Below, in pieces: positions 1-9,793 of a stretch of 64,000 nucleotides of DNA. Position 1 is the first letter of the stretch. The number at the start of each line of letters is the position of its first letter. The position numbers and the translations under genes were made by a program. The notes beneath the pieces are model-generated. The model saw nothing but the letters and a program-made list of their open reading frames with translations. It did no database searches and had not been told where the DNA came from. This stretch comes from a virus. Lineage: Duplodnaviria; Caudoviricetes. Location of the stretch: positions 1 through 64,000 of IMG/VR virus record IMGVR_UViG_3300012983_000036. One strand, given 5' to 3'.

Positions 1-86
1 CCCTCGGTTACTGGCGAGGGCGAATCAGTGTTCTTGAAAGATTATTAGAAGAAATTGAAAATGAAGATAAGGGTCTAATGATTTAA
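1..86 (+). CDS. 3' end of hypothetical protein (truncated by window edge)
   Basis: Open frame from position 3 (LGYWRGRISVLERLLEEIENEDKGLMI*) ending TAA at 84-86, followed by a terminator hairpin. Confidence 0.55.
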   Translation, partial: LGYWRGRISVLERLLEEIENEDKGLMI

Positions 87-111
87 TAGCTTACTTTTAA
101 AAGAATATATT

Positions 112-149
112 AAGAACTTAAGTAGAGAGATACTTAAGTTCTTTTTTTT
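112..149 (+). terminator. Rho-independent terminator
   Basis: Inverted repeat agaacttaagta / tacttaagttct followed by a T run. Confidence 0.7.
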
Positions 150-152
150 ATT

Positions 153-161
153 GCTAAATTA
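153..161 (+). promoter_or_regulatory. Putative late-type promoter motif GCTAAATTA
   Basis: Same motif in intergenic gaps at 1202, 8112, 11235, 27531, 47633 (variants 1308, 4745), upstream of ORF starts. Confidence 0.6.
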
Positions 162-194
162 TATTGATAGTTCTTTCAAGGAGGTTAGCTACTT

Positions 195-602
195 ATGAAT
201 TTCTACGAAGCTTTAAATGAATTAGAAACTTTGAATGAATCGAATTTTTCAGGACAAGCTACATATAAAAGCTTTTTAATATATCTTGCAAACTTCTTAG
301 GTTGTAGCAAACCAGCTAATTATGAAGATAATTGGGTATTACATCATCGTGACTGTAAGCACACTAATAATAGTCAATTTGAAAATTTAGTTTTAATGAA
401 TCCAAATCATCATCGCTCTCTACATAGACAATGTTTTTTAGATCCTCGTAAAAATATTTGGAAATATCTTGTAGAAGGTAAAACAAAAACAGGAACTAAA
501 TTTGAATATTGGTTAATCGGAGAAGAAATAGCTGCTCGTATAGATAGAAAAGTAACAGAAGAACCCGTTAATATAATTATAAAAGAAGAAACGTTTGTAT
601 AA
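195..602 (+). CDS. HNH-motif protein with N-terminal leader (MNFYEALNELETLNES)
   Basis: LHHRD..HTNN..ENLVLMNPNHHRSLH matches the HNH pattern; GGAGG RBS. Confidence 0.65.
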   Translation: MNFYEALNELETLNESNFSGQATYKSFLIYLANFLGCSKPANYEDNWVLHHRDCKHTNNSQFENLVLMNPNHHRSLHRQCFLDPRKNIWKYLVEGKTKTGTKFEYWLIGEEIAARIDRKVTEEPVNIIIKEETFV

Positions 603-625
603 AATGTTTTAAGGAGACAAATTTT

Positions 626-1105
626 ATGAATTTATCAGAAGAATTTAAAGAGTATGAAACTCTTTGGGATAATCCTTTACTTGAGTGGCAAATTAAGACA
701 ACAAGTCAACAAACACAGAATACAAATAGTACAACATCTAGTAGACCTTTAAGTAAATATGGACTTCCTAGCTATAAAATTGAATTTTTAAAATTAGCTA
801 AACATCTAAATACAATACATACTGTGTATTTAGAGGATGATAAATATACTGACTGGGGTGTAAATGATCATGCACTCAGACTTTATTTTGTAGATGATAA
901 AATTGACTTTAGACTAGAAATAACAACAACTGAAGTCGAATACAATGGCAATTCTTATAAGCGAGTAGAATCTTGGGATTGGGTATTAGAAGAAATCAAA
1001 CCGTATCCTCATATCATAGATAGGGGACCATTAAAAGATTATGATGAATTATTAGATAAACTTTTACAATACGGTGTAATCGGAAATAAATCTAAATGTA
1101 AATAA
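626..1105 (+). CDS. Hypothetical protein, leader family (MNLSEEFKEYETLWD)
   Basis: ORF with AGGAG RBS, low-complexity T/S/N linker after leader. Confidence 0.7.
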   Translation: MNLSEEFKEYETLWDNPLLEWQIKTTSQQTQNTNSTTSSRPLSKYGLPSYKIEFLKLAKHLNTIHTVYLEDDKYTDWGVNDHALRLYFVDDKIDFRLEITTTEVEYNGNSYKRVESWDWVLEEIKPYPHIIDRGPLKDYDELLDKLLQYGVIGNKSKCK

Positions 1106-1346
1106 AAGATTGATGAGTAGCTATATAGAATAGCTACTTTTTTATTATATATAGAATATTATTAAATTATTAAAATAATAAAACTTAAGCTATAAAGTTA
1201 CGCTAAATTAAATGAATGGAAAATAAGGATGTTCGAGAAGGCTCAATAAATAAAACTTACTGCTTCTGAGAAAAGAAAAACTTTCTTGGAAGCTTTTATT
1301 ATATAAAGCTAAACTAAATAGAATTTATAGAAAGGCTTGATAAGAA

Positions 1347-1919
1347 ATGAATATGAATTTTATAAATGCTATAGCCGCTCTGAGTATGATTAACGAAGGA
1401 CTTGAGGACTATCAAGAAGAATATAAAAAATATATTATAGACCATAAGAATAGAGTAAAACTATTTGCTGACTGGCTTGATGAAAACGTGCCGGAAGTTT
1501 TTGATGAGCTTCCTGATATAGATGCTTTCTATGATATTATAGAAGAACACGATGATTCTAAATTCGGCGAAGAAGAGTTTGAACCTTACGCTCGAAAGTT
1601 TTACGGTCCGCAAGATATTAATGGAAAGCCTCTCAAGTTTGTTCCCGGCTACGAAGAAGCTTGGAGACATCACTGGATGCATAATGAACACCACCCAGAG
1701 TTCTGGCTCGGTGAGGATATGCCTTATATTTATATTTTAGAAATGCTCTGTGACTGGGGTTCCTTTTCTATAGACAAAGGAGACTTCAGAGAACTTTCTA
1801 AATATTATTACGAGCAGGCTAAGGACGACGAAGAAAAAAATCTTTCTGATAACACTAAAGAAATTATAGAAGAAATTCTTTCTAAGATTAATTCTGTTTT
1901 AGAGGAGAGTGAAGAGTAA
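1347..1919 (+). CDS. HD-superfamily-like (DUF5662-type) protein with leader
   Basis: IDHK..HDDSK..AWRHH..NEHHPE..EMLCDW motifs typical of phage HD-like proteins. Confidence 0.6.
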   Translation: MNMNFINAIAALSMINEGLEDYQEEYKKYIIDHKNRVKLFADWLDENVPEVFDELPDIDAFYDIIEEHDDSKFGEEEFEPYARKFYGPQDINGKPLKFVPGYEEAWRHHWMHNEHHPEFWLGEDMPYIYILEMLCDWGSFSIDKGDFRELSKYYYEQAKDDEEKNLSDNTKEIIEEILSKINSVLEESEE

Positions 1920-3469
1920 TGGCTTCTTATAGTTTTACTGTACATAGTAGTAGCTCCCATATTTTTAAACTAGAGACCAGCTCATTAGCTACTAAAGTCA
2001 AGGGCAGTACTCTTGAAGTAACTTTAGGCAGTGATACAAAATTAGTAAATAAAAACTCAAGTGTTCCTTTTAACCAACACTATAAAGTTTTTTTAGTGGC
2101 AAAGTTCACTGTTGGAAGTGACACCCAATTAGTAGGAGCTGAAAAAATAAATAAATATAGCTATGTAAATTCTTCAGGTACAAGAGTCTACACTGATAGT
2201 CTTAGTAGTGCACCTACTTCTAAATTGGTTTATTTATATAAATATAAAGCTCCATACTTGATAGCAGAACTTGACGCTGCCTATGCTCAAAGTGATCCTT
2301 ATCGTGAATGGTCATCTATAGACGCTTCTAAAGAAAAATTTGAAATTCCAATTCCGTCAGGTGCTACCAGCGTTTTACTTTATTTTTATGGTGACTCTGA
2401 TGAATGTTACCGATATTTTCAATATGCTGAAGAATCATCAGCATCCTGGCATCTTTCCGTTCATGAATGTCCTTGTAAAGACCACGTAGCAAAGAATGAA
2501 AGTTCTACTAGTATCTACACTAATATTTCTGCTGGGGCCATCACCTCTATCAAAGACAATGGAGATTTTACAATTACAGTTAAAGGTACAAAACCTTCTG
2601 CTGGTACTAATAATAACGTAACTAGCTCAGTACTTAGTGTTACTTTTTCTGGAAATGGAATAACCTCCAAGACTGATACTTATACCTTAATTAACAGCTC
2701 AAGTGGTGTTTCTGGTGGAGGAAACTTTGAAGTAGATTTTGAGATACCGAATGGAGCCACTCTTGCAGAAGTTTCACTTACAAGTGAGGGTCAGCTCGGT
2801 ATAGGCACTAGTTGTTGGACCAGTGAAAATATAACTTTTGGCTATCCGGCACCCCCTACAAGTTTAACATATAGTACAGCTAAACTTAATAAACCTAGAC
2901 TTAAGGACGATCTAACATGGTCTTGGAGCGGAGCAGCCGTTGGAACCCGAAACGGCCATAATGCTAAAGTAGCTGGCTATAGAGTCATGATTTATAAAAA
3001 TAATAAGAATGGCGGAGGTACTGGCGCGATAGAACTTACTAGTTGCACTGGACATACTAATAATGATTCTAATATCCCATATGTAGAAACTACGAGGAAT
3101 TCTTTAACTTTCAACCCAATTGAAGGAGTCGCAAGTACATCTCCTGCTGTTTTTGAAGCTAAAGATCGTTGTTACTGTAGAGTATATACTTATGCAACAT
3201 GGGGTTCAGCTACTCATTATTCGCAGGAGAGCTTACTAGGAATAGTAGATTCTGAGGGTACTAACCAAGACATTAATTACCTAGTAAATACCGATCCTGA
3301 AAATGGTTTAACAGAATGTATATTACATAACTCTGCAACAATCTGGATTAAGACTGCTAAAGACACTTGGACTGAAGGAGTTCCTTATGTTAAAACCTCA
3401 GATGGCTGGAAAGAAGCTGAAGGCGTCTATATTAAAACTTCTGATACTGAATGGTCAGAAGCACAATAA
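1919..3469 (+). CDS. Ser/Thr-rich beta-sandwich (Ig/FN3-like) protein, probable virion or tail accessory protein
   Basis: S/T-rich; P-x-S-L...LTWSWSGA...VAGYRV FN3-like pattern; C-terminal repeat GVPYVKTSDGWKEAEGVYIKT. Confidence 0.5.
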   Translation: MASYSFTVHSSSSHIFKLETSSLATKVKGSTLEVTLGSDTKLVNKNSSVPFNQHYKVFLVAKFTVGSDTQLVGAEKINKYSYVNSSGTRVYTDSLSSAPTSKLVYLYKYKAPYLIAELDAAYAQSDPYREWSSIDASKEKFEIPIPSGATSVLLYFYGDSDECYRYFQYAEESSASWHLSVHECPCKDHVAKNESSTSIYTNISAGAITSIKDNGDFTITVKGTKPSAGTNNNVTSSVLSVTFSGNGITSKTDTYTLINSSSGVSGGGNFEVDFEIPNGATLAEVSLTSEGQLGIGTSCWTSENITFGYPAPPTSLTYSTAKLNKPRLKDDLTWSWSGAAVGTRNGHNAKVAGYRVMIYKNNKNGGGTGAIELTSCTGHTNNDSNIPYVETTRNSLTFNPIEGVASTSPAVFEAKDRCYCRVYTYATWGSATHYSQESLLGIVDSEGTNQDINYLVNTDPENGLTECILHNSATIWIKTAKDTWTEGVPYVKTSDGWKEAEGVYIKTSDTEWSEAQ

Positions 3470-3486
3470 TTTTTAATAAATTAAAT

Positions 3487-3521
3487 AGCTCCCTGTTTAA
3501 TACAAGGGAGCTTTTCTTTTT
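3487..3521 (+). terminator. Rho-independent terminator
   Basis: agctccct...agggagct stem followed by a T-rich tract. Confidence 0.7.
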
Positions 3522-3529
3522 ATATTTGT

Positions 3530-4250
3530 AATTTCTTCCCAGAACTCGTTTTAAGGACTTTTAATTAGGGGGCCCTACTACTTACCCTCTTAAGCATTAA
3601 AAATTTGATACAGGAGACCGTGGTGAGAGTTACTAATATTTTCCAGCTTGTTTAAAAACGTAATTTTCCTTATTTCGTTTCGTGCGTGTCAAATTTTATA
3701 TTAAAAGTAGGCTTACTATATGGCTAAAAATAAAATGCGATATAGGAGATTCTGGGGAGCTTTATAATAGTCTTTATGTAATTCGTCAAATTTCATTTTT
3801 ATTAAATTAATAAATTATTAAATTAATAGCGCCCCCCTAAAATTAATAAATTATTAATTTATTAAATTATTAATAAAAATTATTAAAAAATTTTTTATAA
3901 AACTGTCAAATACTATAGATCTATACTGTATAATAAATTAGAAGAATTTTAATTATTTATCTTTAGATTTATCTAAAGATAAATAATTAAGCAGGCTTGT
4001 CCTGCTCATATTTTTCTATAGACTGAAAACTGAAATTGCATGAAAAAATCTTGCGTGCATAATAAAATATATTATTTATATATTTATTAATATTAATAAT
4101 AGAGATCTATATAATAATATATTAATATAATCTGTGCTGAGATTATATTAATATATTATTATATAGATCGAGAGGCGCGCACGCGTGCAAATAATTTTTC
4201 GGAAATTTTCAAAAATTTGATTTTTTACATAAGGAGCCCTTAAAACAACC
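3530..4250. other. Long AT-rich non-coding region with repeats and palindromes; candidate replication origin or terminus
   Basis: No ORF; AATTAATAAATTATT-type repeats at 3805-3885; several inverted repeats; lies upstream of the helicase. Confidence 0.4.
4104..4169. repeat. Perfect 30-bp inverted repeat with 6-nt loop
   Basis: gatctatataataatatattaatataatct-gtgctg-agattatattaatatattattatatagatc. Confidence 0.9.
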
Positions 4251-4559
4251 ATGAAATTACCTAATAAATGTAAGACCCCACTTATCCGTTGTCCTCATTG
4301 TATGAGAGAATATCTACCAGGAGAAATCTTTATGCCCGGTTCTTTGATAGGTCAACCTCAAGAAGTAGTCAGAGACGGCTTAGGTAAGATAATTTATGAG
4401 GATTACGGCCCAGCAGCTAATGAACCTGACTTTATAGAACATTACATATGTGATGAATGCGAAAGACCATTCGTTGTAGAGGCATCGGTAGTCTACAGAG
4501 TGAAAGAGGAAGCCCCGGAACTTGATTTTTCTAATAAATATGTCTCACTTTTAGATTAA
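4251..4559 (+). CDS. Zn-ribbon hypothetical protein
   Basis: CPHC...CDEC pairs; AAGGAG upstream. Confidence 0.7.
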   Translation: MKLPNKCKTPLIRCPHCMREYLPGEIFMPGSLIGQPQEVVRDGLGKIIYEDYGPAANEPDFIEHYICDECERPFVVEASVVYRVKEEAPELDFSNKYVSLLD

Positions 4560-4800
4560 TTACACTTTTTAGGCTGAATTTTAGCTAATTTTTACACTTT
4601 TTAGCTAAAATTGGCCTTTTTTCTCATGCGCGCATGCATATGTAAATGAAACTTCCGAAATTAGAAAAGTTACCTGTAACTCCTGAAATTTCGTTTTGTA
4701 ATTTATGAAATTTCAGGATTTTCATTTTACTATTGAAATTATTTGCGAAATTAAATAGAAAACTTAAATTTCAAATAATTTCAAGGAGAAATTATCAAAG

Positions 4801-5514
4801 ATGTTATTTATTAAAGAATTACTTTTAAAAACTGATTTGGTTATAGATAATCAGTATTTAGATGAATATGTAGAATTAATGTTAAATAACTTGGATACTT
4901 CTAAAAAGAAAGATGTTACCCAAGAGCATCATATGATTCCTGTGGCAGCATACCTGCCTAAAGATGTTAGTAAAACTATAAAGTATACTAGAGGCGCTAG
5001 TTCTCGGGATAAAGATGCAGTTAAAATAGCTAATGCAGACCCAAATAATAAGCGAGTACAATTAAACTATGCAGATCATATCAAGGCGCATTTATTACTT
5101 ACTAGATGCGGTAAATCTTATAATTTTATTTTAGAAAATATAAATGCTTGTGTTTTACTGCTTAACCTATTAAATCCGGCTATCGAAAACCAAATAGTTT
5201 CAGACTTAGATACTACCGATAATATTCTTGCGGCATATCTATACGTACAGTCAACTAGACCAAACCCAAAAGATAATCCTAAACAATATCAAGCAATTAA
5301 AAATAACTTTAGCTTAGGTGCCTTGGCAGTACAGCGAAAAGTTAGGTGTAAAGAAACTGGTATTATCTATAATTCTATTAGAGAAGCTGAAATAGCTAAT
5401 AATTTAACTAAAAATAGATTAAATCAAATTTTAACTGGACGTAGAAAACAAATTTCCGGAATGACCTTTGAGTATTATAACGAAACTTCCGGAATTTCGG
5501 AGGTAATTAAATGA
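4801..5514 (+). CDS. Putative HNH-type homing endonuclease with C-terminal NUMOD1-like HTH
   Basis: EHHMIP...N..V.L...DHIKAHLLL (HNH-like); KVRCKETGIIYNSIREA (NUMOD1-like). Confidence 0.6.
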   Translation: MLFIKELLLKTDLVIDNQYLDEYVELMLNNLDTSKKKDVTQEHHMIPVAAYLPKDVSKTIKYTRGASSRDKDAVKIANADPNNKRVQLNYADHIKAHLLLTRCGKSYNFILENINACVLLLNLLNPAIENQIVSDLDTTDNILAAYLYVQSTRPNPKDNPKQYQAIKNNFSLGALAVQRKVRCKETGIIYNSIREAEIANNLTKNRLNQILTGRRKQISGMTFEYYNETSGISEVIK

Positions 5515-7238
5515 TACATATTACAGAAATATCTCCGCCTAAGAAAATATCAGGATTATCTTCTATTTGTGTTACCTTTAACTATAACCAATATATAGTA
5601 GATGCTTTAAAAACTATTCCTACCTATTATTATCACAAGAAGGATAATGTCTGGGAATTTCCTGTTTGTTATTTAAATAGATTATTAGATAATCTTACTT
5701 TCTTAGACGAGATAACCCTAAGTTTATTAAACACACCGGAATCTGGAGAATTTCATTTCGGTCGACAGCTTAATTTAGAACCGCTTTCTGAAACTGAGAA
5801 AGTTTCGTTTAAGATGAAACCGTTTGACCATCAGCTTGAAGCTATTAATTTTGGTTTGGAACATGAGAAGTGGCTATTACTAGATTCTATGGGTCTAGGT
5901 AAAACTAACTCTATTATCTGGTTAGCTGAGACACTAAAGCGAAGAGGAATAATTGATCACTGTTTCATCGTTTGCGGAGTTAATTCTCTTAAACAGAACT
6001 GGAAGAAGGAGATTGCTAAATTTTCGACAGAGTCTGCTATTGTTCTAGGCGAGCATATTACCAGAACCGGCTCTATTAGATATAAGTCGATGGATAAACG
6101 TGCGGCCCAGCTAAAAGACCCTATTGAGGAGTTCTTCGTAATTACTAACTTAGAGAGTTTACGTGACGACCGGATCATAGAAGCTTTTAAGAAGTCTAGT
6201 AACAAGTTTGGCATGATCGCTTTCGATGAAGCGCACAAAGCCGCAACTAAAACTTCACAGCAAGGAACTAACTTACTTAAACTAGATGCACCGTTTAAGA
6301 TCGCCGCAACTGGAACATTAATCACTAACAATCCACTATCTGCATATGTACCACTTTCTTGGACTAATAACGACCAATCAATCTTGACTACCTATAAATC
6401 TCAGTACTGTAACTTTGGCGGTATAAAAGATTCCCAAGTTATTGGGTTTAAGAATCTAGATGTACTTCGTGAGGAAATAGAAAGTTGCTCACTACGAAGG
6501 ACGTTAGATCAAGTGCGTTCAGATATGCCACCTAAGACCGTAACTCTAGAAGTTTTAGAACCTGATGATAGCCAGAGGAAATTCTACGAAGCTATTAAGG
6601 AAGGTGTTAAAGAAGAAGCTGATAAGATTGAACTTAAAGCTACTAACTTACTAGCACTCACAACAAGATTACGCCAAGCGACCGCATGCCCTGGTCTACT
6701 GACAACTCAGAAAGTAGAATCTATTAAAGTTACTAGATGCCTAGAGTATATAGAAGAACTAACTTCTCAAGGAGAGAAAGTTGTAGTTCTGTCAGTCTTT
6801 AAAGAAACTATAAATGACCTTGCTACGAAATTAGGACAATTTCGTTTTAGTATTAATACTGGAGATGTGTCTGATGCAGAGGTTGCTGCTAACGTAGAAA
6901 GATTTCAGTCTGACCCTAGGGAACAAGTCTTTATAGGAACTTGGGGAAAAGTCGGAACCGGCTGGACCCTCAACGCAGCATCTTATCTCATTTGTATAGA
7001 TACTCCTTATACTGCGGCAATGTTTGATCAGGGTACTGATAGAATTTGGCGTGTCAATAATGATCGTCCTGCTTTTATCACTGTACTCATATGTGGCGGT
7101 ACTATAGATGAGAGAGTTCAGCAGATTATAGAAACTAAGAAAGAGTTAGGAGATTACTTAGTAGATGGAAAAGAATCCGACGGATCTATTAATAACAAAC
7201 TCGTTGACGAACTCCGAGCAATTATCCGAGACCTCTAA
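5511..7238 (+). CDS. SNF2-family (DEAH-box) helicase
   Basis: DSMGLGKT (Walker A), FDEAH, ATGT, GWTLNAA, QGTDRIWR motifs. Confidence 0.9.
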   Translation: MIHITEISPPKKISGLSSICVTFNYNQYIVDALKTIPTYYYHKKDNVWEFPVCYLNRLLDNLTFLDEITLSLLNTPESGEFHFGRQLNLEPLSETEKVSFKMKPFDHQLEAINFGLEHEKWLLLDSMGLGKTNSIIWLAETLKRRGIIDHCFIVCGVNSLKQNWKKEIAKFSTESAIVLGEHITRTGSIRYKSMDKRAAQLKDPIEEFFVITNLESLRDDRIIEAFKKSSNKFGMIAFDEAHKAATKTSQQGTNLLKLDAPFKIAATGTLITNNPLSAYVPLSWTNNDQSILTTYKSQYCNFGGIKDSQVIGFKNLDVLREEIESCSLRRTLDQVRSDMPPKTVTLEVLEPDDSQRKFYEAIKEGVKEEADKIELKATNLLALTTRLRQATACPGLLTTQKVESIKVTRCLEYIEELTSQGEKVVVLSVFKETINDLATKLGQFRFSINTGDVSDAEVAANVERFQSDPREQVFIGTWGKVGTGWTLNAASYLICIDTPYTAAMFDQGTDRIWRVNNDRPAFITVLICGGTIDERVQQIIETKKELGDYLVDGKESDGSINNKLVDELRAIIRDL

Positions 7239-7614
7239 TGTTTCTATAAGATACAGTACTATAGAGTACCGCGGTCAGACTATTGAGTTTATTCTAAATC
7301 CGGATGGACATCAAGTATTTGCAAAGTGGAAAGATAAGAAGATTGATTTAGGTCTAGACAACATTTATTATAAAGAAGATATGTGTCGGTTTGTAGACAG
7401 AGAATTAGACTTGATCACAACCTTTCCGAAATCGCCCGAATTACAGGGTGCTCAGATGGAATGGTTTAATAATAATGGTTATCGTGACATACGCTTAAAA
7501 TATAAAGGACGTGTGCTTAAAATATTTTTAATTATAAATAATAATATAAATAAAACTTTTTTAATTTCCGAATCCGAAAAGCTTTTACGAAATTCCGGAT
7601 TATTGGAAGAATAA
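7165..7614 (+). CDS. Hypothetical protein (start uncertain)
   Basis: ORF fills the gap between helicase and next promoter; 5' part overlaps the helicase. Confidence 0.55.
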   Translation: MEKNPTDLLITNSLTNSEQLSETSNVSIRYSTIEYRGQTIEFILNPDGHQVFAKWKDKKIDLGLDNIYYKEDMCRFVDRELDLITTFPKSPELQGAQMEWFNNNGYRDIRLKYKGRVLKIFLIINNNINKTFLISESEKLLRNSGLLEE

Positions 7615-7628
7615 TTTTTAAAAAGGTA

Positions 7629-7657
7629 TTTACAAAGCTACCAGTTTATGGTATAAT
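7629..7657 (+). promoter_or_regulatory. SigA/sigma70-type promoter (early class)
   Basis: TTTACA-17 bp-TATAAT with TGn extension. Confidence 0.75.
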
Positions 7658-7689
7658 ATTATTGAAATTGATTTTTGGAGGTTACTATT

Positions 7690-8100
7690 ATGACTGTTAA
7701 TTTAAATTTTGCTCTTGAGGCTTGGATAAAACAGCTTTGGGTTGAAGCAGAGTCTGAAGAAGATGCTAAGCGTAAGCTTTTGGAAATGACTCTAGATGAG
7801 ATTCTTAATGAAGCTACATGTGTAGTAGCTCACGATATGAAGTTTAACGACATAGAAACTTCTATCATTAGTTACGACCTGGAAGTTAAAGTTACCGACA
7901 TTGAATTTTACCTTGATCCTGAAGAGATGGATGAGTCTGTAATTAAATACTTAAAAGGAATTCTTCCCAAAGAAAGAACCTTCACACTCAACGGCGTAAC
8001 TGACCGTGATGATTTAAATGAATTAATTGGTGATGAGCTTCTGGCCGAGACTAGTTACGAAGCTAAATCATTTAAAATTGAAATCCTAAAAAAGAAATAA
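7690..8100 (+). CDS. Acidic hypothetical protein
   Basis: GGAGG RBS before ATG 7690. Confidence 0.7.
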   Translation: MTVNLNFALEAWIKQLWVEAESEEDAKRKLLEMTLDEILNEATCVVAHDMKFNDIETSIISYDLEVKVTDIEFYLDPEEMDESVIKYLKGILPKERTFTLNGVTDRDDLNELIGDELLAETSYEAKSFKIEILKKK

Positions 8101-8153
8101 AATTTTTAATTGCTAAATTATGTAGCTAAAAATTTTATAGGAGCGTTAATAAA

Positions 8154-9677
8154 ATGATTCAATATATTTATTTTGTAAAGTGTCCTAATTGTGATGACGA
8201 GCCTTTTGATTTTTTTGATGAGGCTAAAGCTCATGCTCTAGGATGCCTTAGCCAAAAACCTATTATAACTCAGACAGAGTTTGACCGAGATGATTATGGT
8301 GTTTGCATCGATGCACGTGACCTTGGAACTGTTTGGTCTTATGATGAAGTTTTAGGTAATGACTGCGGTTCTGAAGAAGCTAATCAGGTTACTACTTTTT
8401 CTAAGTCTGAAACCTTTGATGTTTCAGATGAGGAGTTTAATAAAGAGTTTGAAGATGACGCTGTAGTTATAGAATCTGAGGAGACTATTACCAAAGATTC
8501 TGATCCTGCTCCAGACATCAAAGCTATAGTAGAGATGATGGAAGAAAACGAGGATACAGTAGAATGTACATGGTGCGAAGATTTATTCGATAAAAGTGAG
8601 TGTCGCTATGAGGTTAACCTAGGCTACCTTTGTTCTAGATGTCAAGCAGCTATAATGTCTAGAGGAGAAACTCTTACCTTCAGAGAAAATGACTATTGGG
8701 ATTTCCTTGATGAAGATGCAGAACAAAATACCGATGAAACTCCTAAACTCCTTACTTGGATTTGTGAGTTTGACGGACATGAGATTGGTACAGTAGAAGC
8801 TGCTACTGAAGAAGAAGCTCTTGAAAAAATGATGACCGAATATCCTGAATATCCTTACGGTGAACATGATGGTTGCTTTAGAGTATACTTTGGCGAAGCT
8901 ATTGAAGAACCTAAGTCAATGTTAGAGGAACTTGAAGATGCTGATACTTACAGAGAACGTTTAACTTCTTGTCCTGAGTGTGGTGGAGCAACTACTTTTG
9001 ATACTGAAACAGGTATCTGCATCAACTGCGGCTTTAATACACTTAGCACTTTAACTGAAGATGTCACAGAACCGGCACTTTCAGAAATGGTTCGTGACTC
9101 TATTAAAAAACTAACTACAGATTCTGATAAACTTCCCGATTTAGAACATGCAGCTTCATTTGCTTTTGAAGTAGCTGAGGATATTAGAGAAAAATATAAT
9201 ATAAGCTTTGATAAAGATTTTGAAGCCAGTGATAAATGGTATCGCGAAGTTACAAAGGAAGTTTATAGTCAGCTTATACAACTTCATAAAGAAAACAATG
9301 ATCCTACTTATCGTGACGCCTTTCTCAAAAAAAAGTTTGAGCTATTCTATCCTGAAATCGAAGTAACCATGCAGAGCGCTAAACGTGATGTAGATGATTG
9401 GGATGAATGGACTGAAACTGTTGAGTATACTTATGAAGTAGACAACGGTGATGTAATAGAATGTCTTGCTGATCTTATTCAAGAAGAAGACGTTACTGAT
9501 ATCGAAGGCGGTCTTTATGCTTTAGAGAATTTTCCTGAAGAAGATTATTTAGCATATTTCATACTTAACTTTTATGATTTAACTGAAAAGTATGAACAAG
9601 AACTTTTAAAACATTGGGAAGACGACGCTGCATCAGCGGCACAACAAGCTGCTCATGAGGGTCTCTTCGATGACTAA
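8154..9677 (+). CDS. Large acidic multi-module protein with several Zn ribbons
   Basis: CPNC, CTWC...CSRC, CPEC...CINC; very D/E-rich; GCTAAATTA upstream. Confidence 0.75.
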   Translation: MIQYIYFVKCPNCDDEPFDFFDEAKAHALGCLSQKPIITQTEFDRDDYGVCIDARDLGTVWSYDEVLGNDCGSEEANQVTTFSKSETFDVSDEEFNKEFEDDAVVIESEETITKDSDPAPDIKAIVEMMEENEDTVECTWCEDLFDKSECRYEVNLGYLCSRCQAAIMSRGETLTFRENDYWDFLDEDAEQNTDETPKLLTWICEFDGHEIGTVEAATEEEALEKMMTEYPEYPYGEHDGCFRVYFGEAIEEPKSMLEELEDADTYRERLTSCPECGGATTFDTETGICINCGFNTLSTLTEDVTEPALSEMVRDSIKKLTTDSDKLPDLEHAASFAFEVAEDIREKYNISFDKDFEASDKWYREVTKEVYSQLIQLHKENNDPTYRDAFLKKKFELFYPEIEVTMQSAKRDVDDWDEWTETVEYTYEVDNGDVIECLADLIQEEDVTDIEGGLYALENFPEEDYLAYFILNFYDLTEKYEQELLKHWEDDAASAAQQAAHEGLFDD

Positions 9678-9793
9678 TTAAAAATTGAATACCTAATGCG
9701 TCTCAGGTTAGATATTTCATTTTAATAAAAGCTGGATAAATGAGAGGACTTTTATCCAGCACAAAATATAACTAATAGGAGAGTTAATTTAAA

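Noticed and set aside
3790-3900. Possible CRISPR or mini-array in AT-rich repeats
   Set aside because: Repeats are degenerate and low complexity, with no regular unique spacers and no cas genes
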